Positions 1-12,259 of a DNA stretch of 64,000 nt are shown here, piece by piece; the stretch's first letter is position 1, and each line of letters begins with the position of its first letter. The notes beneath the pieces are model-generated. The model saw only the letters and a program-made list of their open reading frames with translations, did no database searches and was not told the DNA's origin. The DNA is from Octopus sinensis (taxonomy: Eukaryota), in the NCBI RefSeq assembly GCF_006345805.1, contig NC_043003.1, positions 98,828,001 through 98,892,000 on the forward strand. The letters run 5' to 3'. The position numbers were made by a program, and so were the translations under genes.

Positions 1-99
1 ACCTAATATATACTGTAATGTGTGTATATGTGAGTGTATGTATATAAAATAAATGTGTGTGAGTGTGTGTGTGTGTACATATAAATAGATATACGTCAT

Positions 100-404
100 T
101 GTTGTTTGTTCCTTCTCGAGCCAAGCCTGGCCCATAAGGGCCGGTTTCCCGGTTTCTTGGCGTATAGGTTCCCCACCTGGACGGGACGCCGGTCCGTCGC
201 AGGTGAGCTGCAAGATGCAGGAGGAAAGAGTGAGAGAAAGTTGTGGCGAAAGAGTCAACAGAAGTTCGCCATTACCTTCTGCTGGAACCGCGTGGAGCTT
301 AGGTGTTTCGCTCATAAACACACACATCTCCCGGTCTGAGAGTCGAACCCGCGATCCCTTGACCGCGAGTCCGCTGCTCTAACCACTAGGCCATGTGCCT
401 CCAC
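100..404 (-). mobile_element. tRNA-derived SINE, family A (OR1-like head), tail type 1
   Basis: Minus strand begins GTGGAGGCACATGGCCTAGTGGTTAGAGCAGCGGACTCGCGG (A box) with GGTTCGACTCTC (B box). Head and body match 7655-8021 but the 3' tail differs and ends in an AAC-like repeat. Confidence 0.8.
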
Positions 405-459
405 TCGATATACATCATAAAGACTTCAAATTTTGGGACAATGCCAGCACTTTCAGGTA

Positions 460-620
460 GGGAGCTAAGTCGATTACATCGAACTCAGTGTTCAACTGGT
501 AGTTATTTCATCGACTCCGAATGGATGAAAGGCACAGTCGACCTCCGCTGACTTTGAATTCAGAACGTAAAGATGGACGAAATGCCGCTAAGCATTTACC
601 GATTCCCCAGCTCACCGCCA
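460..620 (-). mobile_element. tRNA-derived SINE, family C (GTCGACTTTGCCTTTCATCC central domain), degenerate
   Basis: Reverse complement matches the cleaner copies at 21431, 27246 and 54610. Confidence 0.75.
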
Positions 621-1325
621 TATTGATATACATCACATTAACACACATACGTACAACGAAGCAAAACCAATAATAGATGTGTTTGCGTGTTTATTTATAT
701 ATATTTCTGTGCGTGCCTGTGCAAGAATCTCTATGTATGTGTGCGCCATAAGAGACAGATAGGTGTTTACATAGTCGTCTATATCCCTTGTTGCATACGC
801 CCATGTGTACCAAACACTATATCATGTGAAACCGCATCAGATATACACATGTACATGAGAGGGCGTAACTACTGATCACATCTGCAAAAAAAAAAAGAGA
901 ACATATTTCAGTTGGAAAAAAAAAAGTTTTCTTATACTTTAAATATCATCCTAAACACCAGTTTCTGTACGAAGTATATAAGGTGACATAAAATATAATA
1001 TAAGAAAATCAGAAAGAAAATGTCCAGAGGGTACGCTGGGTGTGGAATCAATCTGAGTAGACACAAAATCACTATTCGTCCGGTACCTGATTGTATAGCA
1101 TCATGAATTGAGTTTCACATGAATCAGTATTCATTGCACGCACGCAAGCACGCTCGCGAACACAGCCACACACACACACACGCGCGCACGCACATACACA
1201 TGTTGCCGTTCCTATTAGTCCGATTGCATTACACTGATGTATGTAACACGGTCTTTAAAATATCATATACTTTAGGGTGGTAAGAATGGTTTTATTGACA
1301 CATTGGAAATCATATAAAATAATTT

Positions 1326-1365
<40 letters not shown>

Positions 1366-1510
1366 GTATACCGGAGTAAGCACATAAATGTGAAACAAGG
1401 TGGAAAAAAGAGTAATATGGTTTATTTAAAACTGTCCGACGAATGGGAACTTGAAACTCTGAGTAACAGCTTTTGTTATATTTCTGCTGCTTTAACATAA
1501 AGTATATATG

Positions 1511-1596
<86 letters not shown>

Positions 1597-1971
1597 CACA
1601 CACAGATATATATATATGTGTGTGTATGTATATATGTTTGTATATATATATGTATATATATGCACACGCACATATATATACATACACACACGCACACATT
1701 CACACACACACATATGTATATATAATGAGGTAGAGAGATATGCCGTGGCTATATAACGACATATACAGACTCATACGGGCGCTCACACACATATCCATGC
1801 ATGCATACCTACAGTCTTAAACACTTACACGCCTATATCTTTTGTCATTAATCCTCAACTAGTTCTTTTCGTTAGACTGTAGCTATGATGAGAAAGTACC
1901 TTTAAGGATTGTTCGTTGCTGCAGAAATGATTTTCTCAATCATTATTCTCTCATTTACAATCCAGTAGTCC

Positions 1972-3066
1972 TGCCCCATGATAAAAACTGGTGGGAACAC
2001 AAACCACCTCCAAACCCACCAGTTTTTATCATGGGGCAAGTCCAGGCTTTTACAAATTACCCAGTGAATATATTGTACAGTTCAATCATGCCTGTTGAGA
2101 TACTCTGTAGGCGCAAGAGGACTACACTTGGAGACAACATGATCAATGGTTTCATTTTGTTGTTATACACGACATGTTGGGGAAGCTACCGTTCTTTAAT
2201 ATGTTGGCTTGGTAGTTCCTTGTCGGTAGGCATTGATCTTGGGCAGGTATGATAAAGTCAGAAGCCATTAGCCATTGATGGGTAATGGCTTTATCAACAT
2301 CGGCATTATTCGCTCACTTTGAGTATTTGCCATTGAGAGGTTTTTCTTGCCATTTATCAGTCAGAATATCTAAGGCAGCAGTTTTAGCAAGGGTTTTCAT
2401 GCGCTTAGCTTTTTCTGCGCTTGTTTCTCGTATGTCCAATTCTGGAATTTGTTGTATTTGGATTTCACTTAGATATTCCTTTGCCTGTTTTGTTACTGAG
2501 TATGATGCTTTCTTGTTTCCAAGTTTTGAGACAAGTTTTAAAATCCAGTCCTCAGAGTTTTTTCAGGTAGGTGTCTAGGCCAATTTTCATATTGAAAGAC
2601 TTCAAACAAAGAACATGCCTCCTCATTGATATGACTGTCCCAATCGATATAAACGTATCTGTCAAGACCTACAAAAAAACTGAGCAAGTATGAAGGTCTT
2701 GAAATAGAAATTAGCAAAATGTTGAACCTGAAGACTAAAACAATACCTGTTGTCATAGGTGCCCTGGGAACGATTGCTACTTAGCTCAGATATCAGGTAA
2801 CACCAAAATGGCAGAAATTCAAAAGATGGTGCTCATAGGAACTGCCATATCCTACGCAAAATACTTTCTATGTAATCTCACGTTTTAAAACAAACACATA
2901 ATTTTCTTATGGTTTCTTAAACATTCTCTAGAACAACACTATGTACAGAACCAAATATATGGCATCCTAGGCATAACACCAACATGAACTTCCAACTTGT
3001 TTTCTCTTGAGGTCTCTGGGTGATACTTGGAGTCAACTTGTACAAATGTAAAGCAAAAGTCAAACA
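1972..3066. mobile_element. R4/Dong-clade non-LTR retrotransposon 3' fragment with 5' inversion (2015-2585 minus, ~2590-3066 plus)
   Basis: Minus part is near-identical to 5890-6490. Plus part reads ILKDFKQ..LLIDMTVPIDINVSVK..KLSKYEGLEIEISKMLNLKTKTIPVVIGALG (RLE domain), then a 3' UTR and (TAA)n. Confidence 0.88.
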
Positions 3067-3109
3067 ATAAATGATAATAATAATGATAATAATAATAATG
3101 ATGATGATG

Positions 3110-3176
<67 letters not shown>
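3067..3176 (+). repeat. Compound (TAA)n/(TGA)n/(CAA)n microsatellite
   Basis: Direct inspection; abuts the Dong 3' end. Confidence 0.95.
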
Positions 3177-3177
<1 letters not shown>

Positions 3178-3225
3178 ATCGAAAAATACCTTAGGAAGGA
3201 GAACCCAAGTTCAAAATTTCCCCAG

Positions 3226-3271
3226 GACACCTGAAGAAGGCTGGAGGGTATATTAGCCGAAACGTTGTGTT
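3226..3271 (+). ncRNA. Minimal type I hammerhead ribozyme motif in a PLE pseudo-LTR fragment (~3177-3335)
   Basis: GACAC-CUGAAGA-A-GGCU(loop)AGCC-GAAAC-GUU/GUGUU: stem I GACAC:GUGUU, 4-bp stem II, palindromic ACGU in place of stem III. Confidence 0.7.
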
Positions 3272-4515
3272 AACAACAAACAAGATGAGGACAAATACCC
3301 GTCAATTTTAAATAGTGTAAATGATGTAGATATATACTCTTTATTTGTGAATTAAGATTACAATTGTTTTCATGTTAAGAAAAATAGGAAAATATCTAAA
3401 TATCTTAATTTTTCAAGACGATTACATGGAGGAATACTGTTCGTCTCCATTTTGGATAAACATAAAGTCTTTGTGATGATCCAAAATGGATTAGAAATTA
3501 TGTGCGGAGACACATTGGGCTGTCACTGAAGTCATGAAATTGTGAATGCATGCGTTTTTCAGTTCTGAGTCGTCAGCCAGAAATACTGAATTAGCAATTC
3601 ACAATCCTAACAGAACGATAGTTCTGATATATGAGAACAGCAAACAGTAAATGCGTAAAATTTGGTCAAGCTGGAATTAATTAAACAGAGTTGCATGAAA
3701 CAACGTGGCATAAATAATATGCATGTAAAATCTCATTCGTATATGTTTTCATTCTTCTACTTTTATCATTCAGAAATTCCACTTCGTAATATCATTGTTT
3801 CTGTTTCGGTTTTTCAATTATCCTTACATTTATTTTCACTTCCTCTGCACTATAGGGCAGTAGACAAAATGCTACAGTCAGATTTAGATTATATTTTTTA
3901 TAGATAGTGTATTCAAATTCCGACGACATAACATCATAGATATTAATTGTTTGTAACATTAGAAAAGTACTTTGTTTCAATTAATGTTGAAAATAATGAA
4001 GAATTAAATTAAATAATTAAGTGTAATAAGTTTGTCATTATTAGACTGGTGTTTGAAAATCCAGTCTTATAACGGAAGATATTAATTTTAAGAGCAGGAT
4101 TTAATTGCGATCAAATCAAAGTAAGAGGTTTGCATCATAGAATCAACGGCTCTTTCAATCGGGTTGATATCAAAATGGATTAGTTCATAGTTCAAATCAC
4201 TGCGAAATCTAAACGGCCTTCTATCCTTCCGCGTTGAGTGCGTGCGCCAAAATAAGGTATCCGTCACATAGTGAATGATAATGTACTTTCACTCGCTTTG
4301 TATCAAGATTTAGTAATAAAATGCAAAAATTCCATTGGAATCAAATGAGCTATATTTAGAATATTTATTAATAATAAATTAAATCACAGGTTAGATTACA
4401 GGTGTCTTTTACATATGATTGAAATGTAGGGCGGAGATCTAGAAATTTATATATCCAAGGTGGTGTTTTGGGTGTGGCCTGAAACTCAAACTACTCATGG
4501 ATATGTGTGTGCCAG

Positions 4516-4585
<70 letters not shown>

Positions 4586-5293
4586 TATATATATATACAC
4601 ACACATATGTATAACGTCTGTGTGTGTGTGTGTGTGCGTATGTGCGTGCGTGTGCGTTTATGTGTGTATGTACCCAGAAACGAATCGTATCATGTCACTA
4701 GACTAAATCCCGAAAGAGTTTAGCGTTACGGTTTGGATCATGCATATAAATGACGGATTATTTATATATGTGAACATGCATACATATATATATATATACA
4801 CATGCACATACATATGTATAAGTGCGTTTGTATGTATGTATGTATGTATGTATGTATGTATGTATGTATGTATGTATGTATGTATGAATGTATGTATGTA
4901 TGTATGTATGTATGTATGTATGTATGTATGAATGTATGTGTGTAACATTTCTTTCTGAGTCAGGTAAGTAGAGAGTATGAAGAAATCCGAAAGTAAATGT
5001 AAATAGAGCGTGGGTATTTTGGGGACCAAGGGAATCGTATTTATTATAATAGCGCTATTTTTAAAATATTTCTCCAAGATTGCGTTACAAAATACGCGAA
5101 CAAGAATAAGAACAAGAATCACAACAACAACGTTAAAAACGATAACGGTATGATTTCTAAAATAGACACAACCAAAACAAATTACAAGAGAGGAATTTTA
5201 GTTGTTTAATTTGATATATCTGGACTTACTGCTAATTATATTTTTCGACCCCGGATAGTTGATTTTAAAATGACTATTTTTTCAAAGCTCTAT

Positions 5294-5348
<55 letters not shown>

Positions 5349-5394
5349 TGATGATGATGATGATGATGATAGTTTCAAATGTTGGCATGAGGCC

Positions 5395-5580
5395 ACCAAT
5401 TTCGGGGGAGGGAATGAGTCGATTTCATCGAACCCTGCACTCAGCAGGTACTTATTTTATCGACCCTGAAAAGATGAGAGGTAAAGTTGAAGTCGGCGGA
5501 ATTTCAACTCAGAATGTAAAGACGGACAAAAAGCCACAAAATATTTTGCCTGGCGTGCTTATGATTCTGCCAGCTAGTTG
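5395..5580 (-). mobile_element. SINE family C, degenerate
   Basis: TTTTATCGACCCTGAAAAGATGAGAGGTAAAGTTGA...ATTTCAACTCAGAATG matches the family core. Confidence 0.65.
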
Positions 5581-5644
5581 CCTCAACAACAACAATAATA
5601 ACTCAAACTACCAAATGCCGAAAAAAATATTATAATGATGATAA

Positions 5645-6625
5645 AACAGAGCTGAATGCAAAAAACAGGATCGAAGCGATCAATGCTTTAGCCATACCAG
5701 TCGTGACTTACAGTTTCAATATCATTAACTGGTCAATTACTGAAATATGTAATCTTGATAGAAAAATACGAAAACTGTTGACAATGCATAGAATGCACCA
5801 CCCTAAGGGAGATATAGAACGACTGTATCTGCCAAGAAAAGAGGGAGGCCATGGACTTTTACAACTGGCATTAACAATGAAGATTGCCACAATTGGCCTA
5901 GAAACCTGCTTGAAAAATTCTGAGGACTGGATGTTAAAACTTGTCTCAAAACATGAAAACAAGAAAGCATCATACTCAGTAACAAAACAGGCAAAGGAAT
6001 ATCTAAGTGAATTCCAAATACAACAAATTCCGGAATTAGACATACGAGAAACAAGCGCAGAAAAAGCTAAGCGCATGAAAACCAGTGCTAAAACTGCTGC
6101 TTTAGATATTCTAACTGATAAATGGCAAGAAAAACCGCTCAATGGCAAATACTCGAAGAGAGCGAATTATGCCGATGTTGACAAAGCCTTTACCCATCAA
6201 TGGCCAATGGCTTCTGACTTAAACTCTGAAATAGAAGGATTTATCATAGCAGCCTAAGATCAATGCCTACCTACAAGGAACTACAAGACCAACATATTAA
6301 AGAACGGTAGCTTCCCAACATCGTGTATGTCAACAACAAAATGAAAGAATTGATCATGTTGTCTTCAAGTGCAGTCTTCTTGCACCTATGGAGTATCTCA
6401 AAGGGCATGATTGAACTGCACAATATATTCACTGGGTAATTTGCAAAAACTTGGACTTGCCCCATGATAAAAACTGGTGGGAACACAACCCACCTCCTAT
6501 GTGCAAAACCAAATACATAATAACATAGGCATAACACCAACATAAACTTCTAACTTGTTGTCTCTTGAGGTCTCTGGGTGAGACTTGGAGTCAACTTGTA
6601 CACATGTAAAGCAAAAGTTAAACAT
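5645..6625 (+). mobile_element. R4/Dong 3' fragment, RLE domain internally deleted
   Basis: ELNAKNRIEAINALAIPVVTYSF...RLYLPRKEGGHGL...SEIEGFIIAA*DQ, then a decayed zinc knuckle and RHD-like motif, LPHDKNWWEH; jumps at ~6497 into the same 3' UTR as the 2588-3066 copy. Confidence 0.88.
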
Positions 6626-6779
6626 AGAATAATAAACATAGAATATTATTTTATCGAACTCAAAAGGATGAATGGCAAACTTTACCTCAGCGACATTTCA
6701 ACTCAGATCATAAATACCATTAAAATTCCGCTAAGCATTTTACCCGGCGTGTCATCTTAATAATAGCTTCTGTTATAGA

Positions 6780-7620
6780 CAAAAGACCCGAATTCTAGAT
6801 GGAGGTCGCTAGTGAATTACATCGAACCCCCTGTGCTCAACCGGCACCTATTTTGTTGGCCCCGAAACTGTGCTCAGAATATTAAAGCCACAAGAAATGT
6901 TGTGGTGTGCTAACTCGCCATCTTAATAATTATTTCTAACTTTGTCAATTTTGGGAGAAGGAAGCCGTTCGATTACATTGGCACCAGTACTTGATGATAC
7001 TTTATTCTTTTATCGACCGTAAAAGAACGACAGGTGAAGCTGGTCCTGACAGGTTTTGAAATTAAAGTGTAAAGGGGCGGAAGGAATGACGCGAGATATT
7101 TTTACACGATGCGCTAACGATTCAACCAGGTCAGCAATTTAACAACAACAACAACAACAATAATAATAATATTTTGATTTTTCTTTTTCATTTTTTACTT
7201 TTTCCATTTTTCTTTCTTTTTTACCATATTTCTTTTCCTTTTATTCTTTTTCTTTTTTCTTTCACATAATTTGGGTTTGTAAATGAACAATCTGGTGCAT
7301 TTATTTTAATAGCCTTTCAGTGTATTCAGAGAAGTTTTTTGTTCTAGATATCAAGAAGACACTCGGCAAGAAATGGAAACAAAATTGAAAAAAGAAGAAA
7401 AACTCATAATGATAATATTAATTGCTTGAAATTTTGAGGCCAGTAATTTTAATGGGGAAAGGATAGTCGCTTACATCGACCCCCAGTACTTGACCAGTAC
7501 TTTATTTTATCGGCCCCGAAAGCAAAAAACGGTAGGGATTTACACTGAAGATATTAACGACTGAAAGAAATACCACGTAGGCTTTTTGTCTGACGCTTTA
7601 ATAACTAAGTCAGCTCGCAG
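6780..7620 (-). mobile_element. Three degenerate family C SINE copies (~6780-6920, 6950-7140, 7440-7620)
   Basis: Recurrent ACATCGACCCC..GTACTT...TTTTATCG.CCCCGAAA motifs. Confidence 0.55.
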
Positions 7621-7654
7621 CCTTAATATTAATATTTCCTCCTACTGGAATGGA

Positions 7655-8021
7655 GGCACTCCGTCGGTTACGACGATGAGGGTTCCGGTTGATCCGAATC
7701 AACGGAACAGCCTGCTCGTGAAATTAACGTGTAAGTGGCTGAGCACTCCACAGACACGTGCACCCTTAACGTAGTTCTCGGGGATATTCAGCGTGACACA
7801 GAGAGTGACAAGGCCGGCCCCTTGAAATACAGGTACAACAGAAACAGGAAGTAAGAGTGAGAGAAAGTTGTGGTGAAAGAGTACAGCAGGGATCACCACC
7901 ATCCCCTGCCGGAGCCTCGTGGAGCTTTAGGTGTTTTCGCTCAATAAACACTCACAACGCCCGGTCTGGGAATCGAAACCGCGAGTCCGCTGCCCTAACC
8001 ACTGGGCCATTGCGCCTCCAC
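7655..8021 (-). mobile_element. SINE family A, tail type 2
   Basis: Head GTGGAGGCGCAATGGCCCAGTGGTTAGGGCAGCGG; tail ends GGAACCCTCATCGTCGTAACCGACGGAGTGCC; homologous to 13431-13812. Confidence 0.85.
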
Positions 8022-9394
8022 TTTCTTCCTACTACAGGCATAACGACTGAAATTTTGGTGGAGAGAGGGTCTTGTCGATTTTCTCGATTCCATTGCTCGA
8101 CTGGAATTTATTTCATCGACCTCCAAAGGATGAAAGGTGAAGTTGAACTCGATAGAATTAGAACTTATGTAATAATATTAATAACTCCTTCAAATTTTGG
8201 CACGAGGCCAGAAATTCTGAGGATGGTGGGCTGATGGATACTACCGACCTCAATATTTGACCGTTAGTTTATCTTACCAATCTCCGAAGAAGTAAAGGCA
8301 AAATCGATTATTTCTTTTAATTAGTAATATATTTTTCCTGTTGATATTTATAATGATAAGCATAATTTATTCCAGAAGAATCAAGGGAAGCGCCATTATC
8401 ACCGGTAAATAAAAATATTACCTCACACTCTCTAAATTCTGCCAATTATCAAGTTTTAAAAAAACACGTATATATAGTTGTTTTGAATTATTTTTTCCTG
8501 TTTACATCCCCAAACCTAATGATATTAATACAATTAATTTTTGTACCTCGAACATCATAAGTGCTTTGTACATGATGATGAGGATGATGATGATGATGAT
8601 AGTTATGGTGATATGGCGGAGAAACGACTTCATACTGAAGAAATAAACATAAAATAATGAAATAAAATATGATAAATATATTTTGCTTTACAGTATAGTC
8701 TTAGGAACAGAGACACAATCTATCACTTTCTCAGAACCTTTTCGGATGCCTGGAGGCCTTTGTGAAGTTTAATGGTGTGAAGGCAAAACATGATTTAGAA
8801 CTATGATCAATGTGCTGTGTTTGTTATTATCAGCGTTACAAATAATATACTTCTAATAAAGGAATTTCGAGAGTATACAAACTTTTTGATCACCTCTAAG
8901 GATGTTGGAGCTTTAGTACACTCCTTCCCATGCATTAATCTTGTATTTCAACTAAATAAAAAAGCAGCGACAATGACTTGAACTTAAAAACGAAAACGAC
9001 ATAAGTAGATTAAAAACATATTTATCCTTTCGATGAAAGAGAATGAAGACTCAGTAAACAAAGTGATGAGATTCAGAAAACCAGCAGTCATTCGCGAAAG
9101 TTAACTAAGGTTTGTATTGAGATTTAAAGAGAAGAAAACTCTAAACAATTGGAATGGAACTTTTGCACAACCATAGTAAAAAAATTCAACATTCAATTTT
9201 AGTTTTAAGAAAACATGGGAATGAAATTACATTCAAAGCATACACTGTAAACAAAGATACAAATGTTTTACTTAGTTTTTATCTTTATTTGTTAGTATAA
9301 GTTACCATCACAGATTAATGATGATTATGCTGAGCTGAATTACAAAAAAAATATATATATATATATAAATATATATATATAAAATATATATATA

Positions 9395-9545
9395 GGCGCA
9401 GGAGTGGATGTGTGGTAAGTAGCTTGTTTACCAACCACATGGTTCCGGGTTCAATCCCCTTGGGCAAGTGTCTTCTACTATAGCCTCGGACCGACCAAAG
9501 CCTTGTGAGTGGATTTGGTAGACAGAAACTGAAAAGAAGCCCGTC

Positions 9546-9610
<65 letters not shown>

Positions 9611-9832
9611 TGTGTGTGTTTGTGTGTCTGTGTTTGTCCCCCTAGCATTGCTTGAAAACCGATGCTGGTGTGTTTATGTCCCCGTTACTTAGCGGTTAGG
9701 CAAAAGAGACCGATAGAATAAGTACTGGGCTTACAAAAAGAATAAGTCCCGAGGTCGAGTTGCTCGATTAAAGGCGGTGCTCCAGCATGGCCGCAGTCAA
9801 ATGACTGAAACAAGTAAAAGAGTAAAAGAGAA
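9395..9832 (+). mobile_element. SINE family B (OR2/CORE-like) with internal (TA)n(TG)n
   Basis: GGCGCAGGAGTGG.TGTGTGG head, GGGTTCAATCCC B box, CORE-like TTGGGCAAGTGTC, tail GGTGCTCCAGCATGGCCGCAGTCAAATGACTGAAACAAGTAAAAGAG. Confidence 0.85.
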
Positions 9833-10257
9833 AGAGTATATACATATGCAATGTGTGTCATACAGCAGTATGAGAAATGTGAATGTTGGCTTGAAAAATT
9901 CATTCAAAACTTCATGAAATAACTAGATGGATAAAACCAATGCATATCAAAACTGAAAGAAGGTGATATATTGCTACTCAAAACATTCGTATTATTAACA
10001 CAAGTTTCTTTAAAATGTCTGTCTGTCAATCATTTTAATACATGCGCTGGGGGAACATGTATATAGAGTGTACCTTATTCCAAGATTACTTATAGAGCAA
10101 GCCTTTCCTAAGGTATCTTTCGTATATAAAGCATAAAACACTGACTGACAAATATAGACAATGTAAAAACTACGCAAGTGAGAGTAGAAACTTGCAACCC
10201 ACATAACCTCTAGCAGGAATAAAAACAAACCTGAATCATTTCTAATAATAATTATTA

Positions 10258-12014
10258 TTTCAATTGTAGTTTTCACTTCTACAGTCAGTATTCTGTTAGA
10301 TTCTAATACTCCTTGATACTTATAAGTCTCTCCTCCTTTCAATGATTTTAATGTCTGGCCATCTAGTAATTGGATGCCTTCACTGGTGACTACCTGTCCC
10401 CTTTTCATGGCTAACATTGCACAATTATCTATGCCAAATTTGATGCCTGTATCTTTACTGAAGAGTTTTAAGTATGTATTAAGGAATCTGTCTCTTTTAT
10501 TATTACTAAAAAGCTTCAGATCATCCATTTAGAGCAAACGGTTAATTTTTTCCTTTAGTATTTCTGAAATGATACCCTGCCTTTGCCTTCCTTAATACTA
10601 AACTGAGGTCGGGGTGGGGGTGGGTGGGTAAAAATACGACAAATATTAAAGTCTCCTTGGAAAATTCCTCTCTTGATATTAACGTTCCCAAAGACTGTGT
10701 CACCTGAGTAGAGATCTCGTTTCCATTTCTTCATGCTAAAATGCTAATTAATTTTCTACAATTGAAAGTACATCGGAAGGGTGAAGAAGCTAATGAAATG
10801 AAAGCTCAATGGTCCGAATCTAATGAAGGCTGTAAATACTTGGGCAGTATCGCTTGTTATATACTCAGAAGCTTTTGTAAATTGGACAAAAACTGAATTA
10901 GCAAAGCTAGACAGAAGAACTAGGAACGAATTCAATATGAATGGATGACTCCACTCAAGGGCAGGAGTAGCAGGATTATACCTACCTTGAAAGGTAGGCG
11001 GAGGATGGTTAATATCAGCAGAAGACAGCGTGAAGTTAGCTAGAATAGATATAGACTCCTATGTAGGTAATAGAGGAGGAAGTTTTATAAAAGCTGCTAG
11101 AGTCACAGCAAAACAATGGGAAACCAGAAACACCTAACGAACTTAAAAACCAGGAAAAGGGACAGAAATTATCTGACTGGCAGGAGAAGGCGTTGCATGG
11201 TAGATTCCCGAAGATAGTTGCATCAAATAGTAGTAGTGATATATGGTTATGGCTGCAGAAGGGAAAGCTGAAGAGGGAGACAGAAAGCTTGTTATAAGCA
11301 ACACAAGATCAAGCATTAAGGTCTAATTGGATAAAAGCCGAGGTAGACAAAAACCCAGTAGATTCCCAGTGTAGAATATGCAAATCAAAAGAGGAAAACG
11401 CTACTCATATAGTAAGTGAATATAGCATGCTGGCACAGAAAGAATATAAGAAAATACATGGCAACCTAGGGAGAGTTGGAGTTATGTAGAAAGCTAGGAT
11501 TTAAGCATTCTGATAAATGGTATGAACATGAACCTAGAAAATACGAAAATACGAAATGTCGTGGTACATTAATATTCAAAGTGATAGAGTAACAGAAGCT
11601 AGAAGGCCTGGTTTAGTAGTAGTATACATAGAGAATACAAAGTGCCAAATAATTGACTTTACAGTCCCAAATGATGAAGAAATTAATATGAGAGGTTTAG
11701 AAAAAATAGCAAAGTACCAGGACCTAGCCATTGAATTACAGAGACTGTGGAAAGTGCGGATATAATGTATTCCAGTAGTTATAGATGCATTGGGAATTAT
11801 ACCTAAAGATCTGAACAGGTGGATAGAGGAAATAGGTATAAAACTCAGTTCAGTGCAGCTCAAGAAAATAGTGTTATTCGGAACAGCTATGATACTTAGG
11901 TGGATTCTAGGCATCGAAGGATTCTAGGCAGTAACCCAATAGGAGGGTTTTGGGTTTCTAAGTCTATGTGTTGTAGCCCGATGTTAGGTTTCTTTTGTAA
12001 TCTGTTGAGTGTAT

Positions 12015-12015
<1 letters not shown>
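10258..12015. mobile_element. R4/Dong element with 5' inversion: RT core minus (10258-10755), post-RT region to RLE and 3' end plus (10756-12015)
   Basis: Minus: NIKRGIFQGD, MDDLKLF, FGIDNCA, YKYQGVLE. Plus: KLNGPNLMKAVNTWAV, RLYLP, CRICK, IQSDRVTEARRPGLVVV..IIDFTVPND..EKIAKYQDLAIELQRLW; ends in (GAT)n(AAT)n. Confidence 0.88.
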
Positions 12016-12076
<61 letters not shown>

Positions 12077-12109
12077 AATGATGATGATGATGATATGATG
12101 ATGATGATG

Positions 12110-12160
<51 letters not shown>
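12016..12160 (+). repeat. (GAT)n-(AAT)n microsatellite
   Basis: Direct inspection. Confidence 0.95.
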
Positions 12161-12162
<2 letters not shown>

Positions 12163-12258
12163 TTGTGGACAAAATAAGTGCAGAATTTGTGGACAAAGTA
12201 AGTGCAGAATTTGTCGAGAAAATGGTGAAACCGTATGGCATAAGTGCAAAATTGACAG
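12161..12258 (+). mobile_element. Short R4/Dong zinc-knuckle fragment with locally duplicated 21-bp unit
   Basis: ICGQNKCRICGQSKCRICRENGETVWH; resembles KCRICGQNGETV at 49530-49570. Confidence 0.65.
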
Positions 12259-12259
12259 T

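Noticed and set aside
3445-3570. Box C/D snoRNA (GTGATGA ... CTGA)
   Set aside because: No terminal stem and no recognisable guide sequence.
8690-8790. Possible host exon after TTTTGCTTTACAG
   Set aside because: No convincing donor and no recognisable protein.
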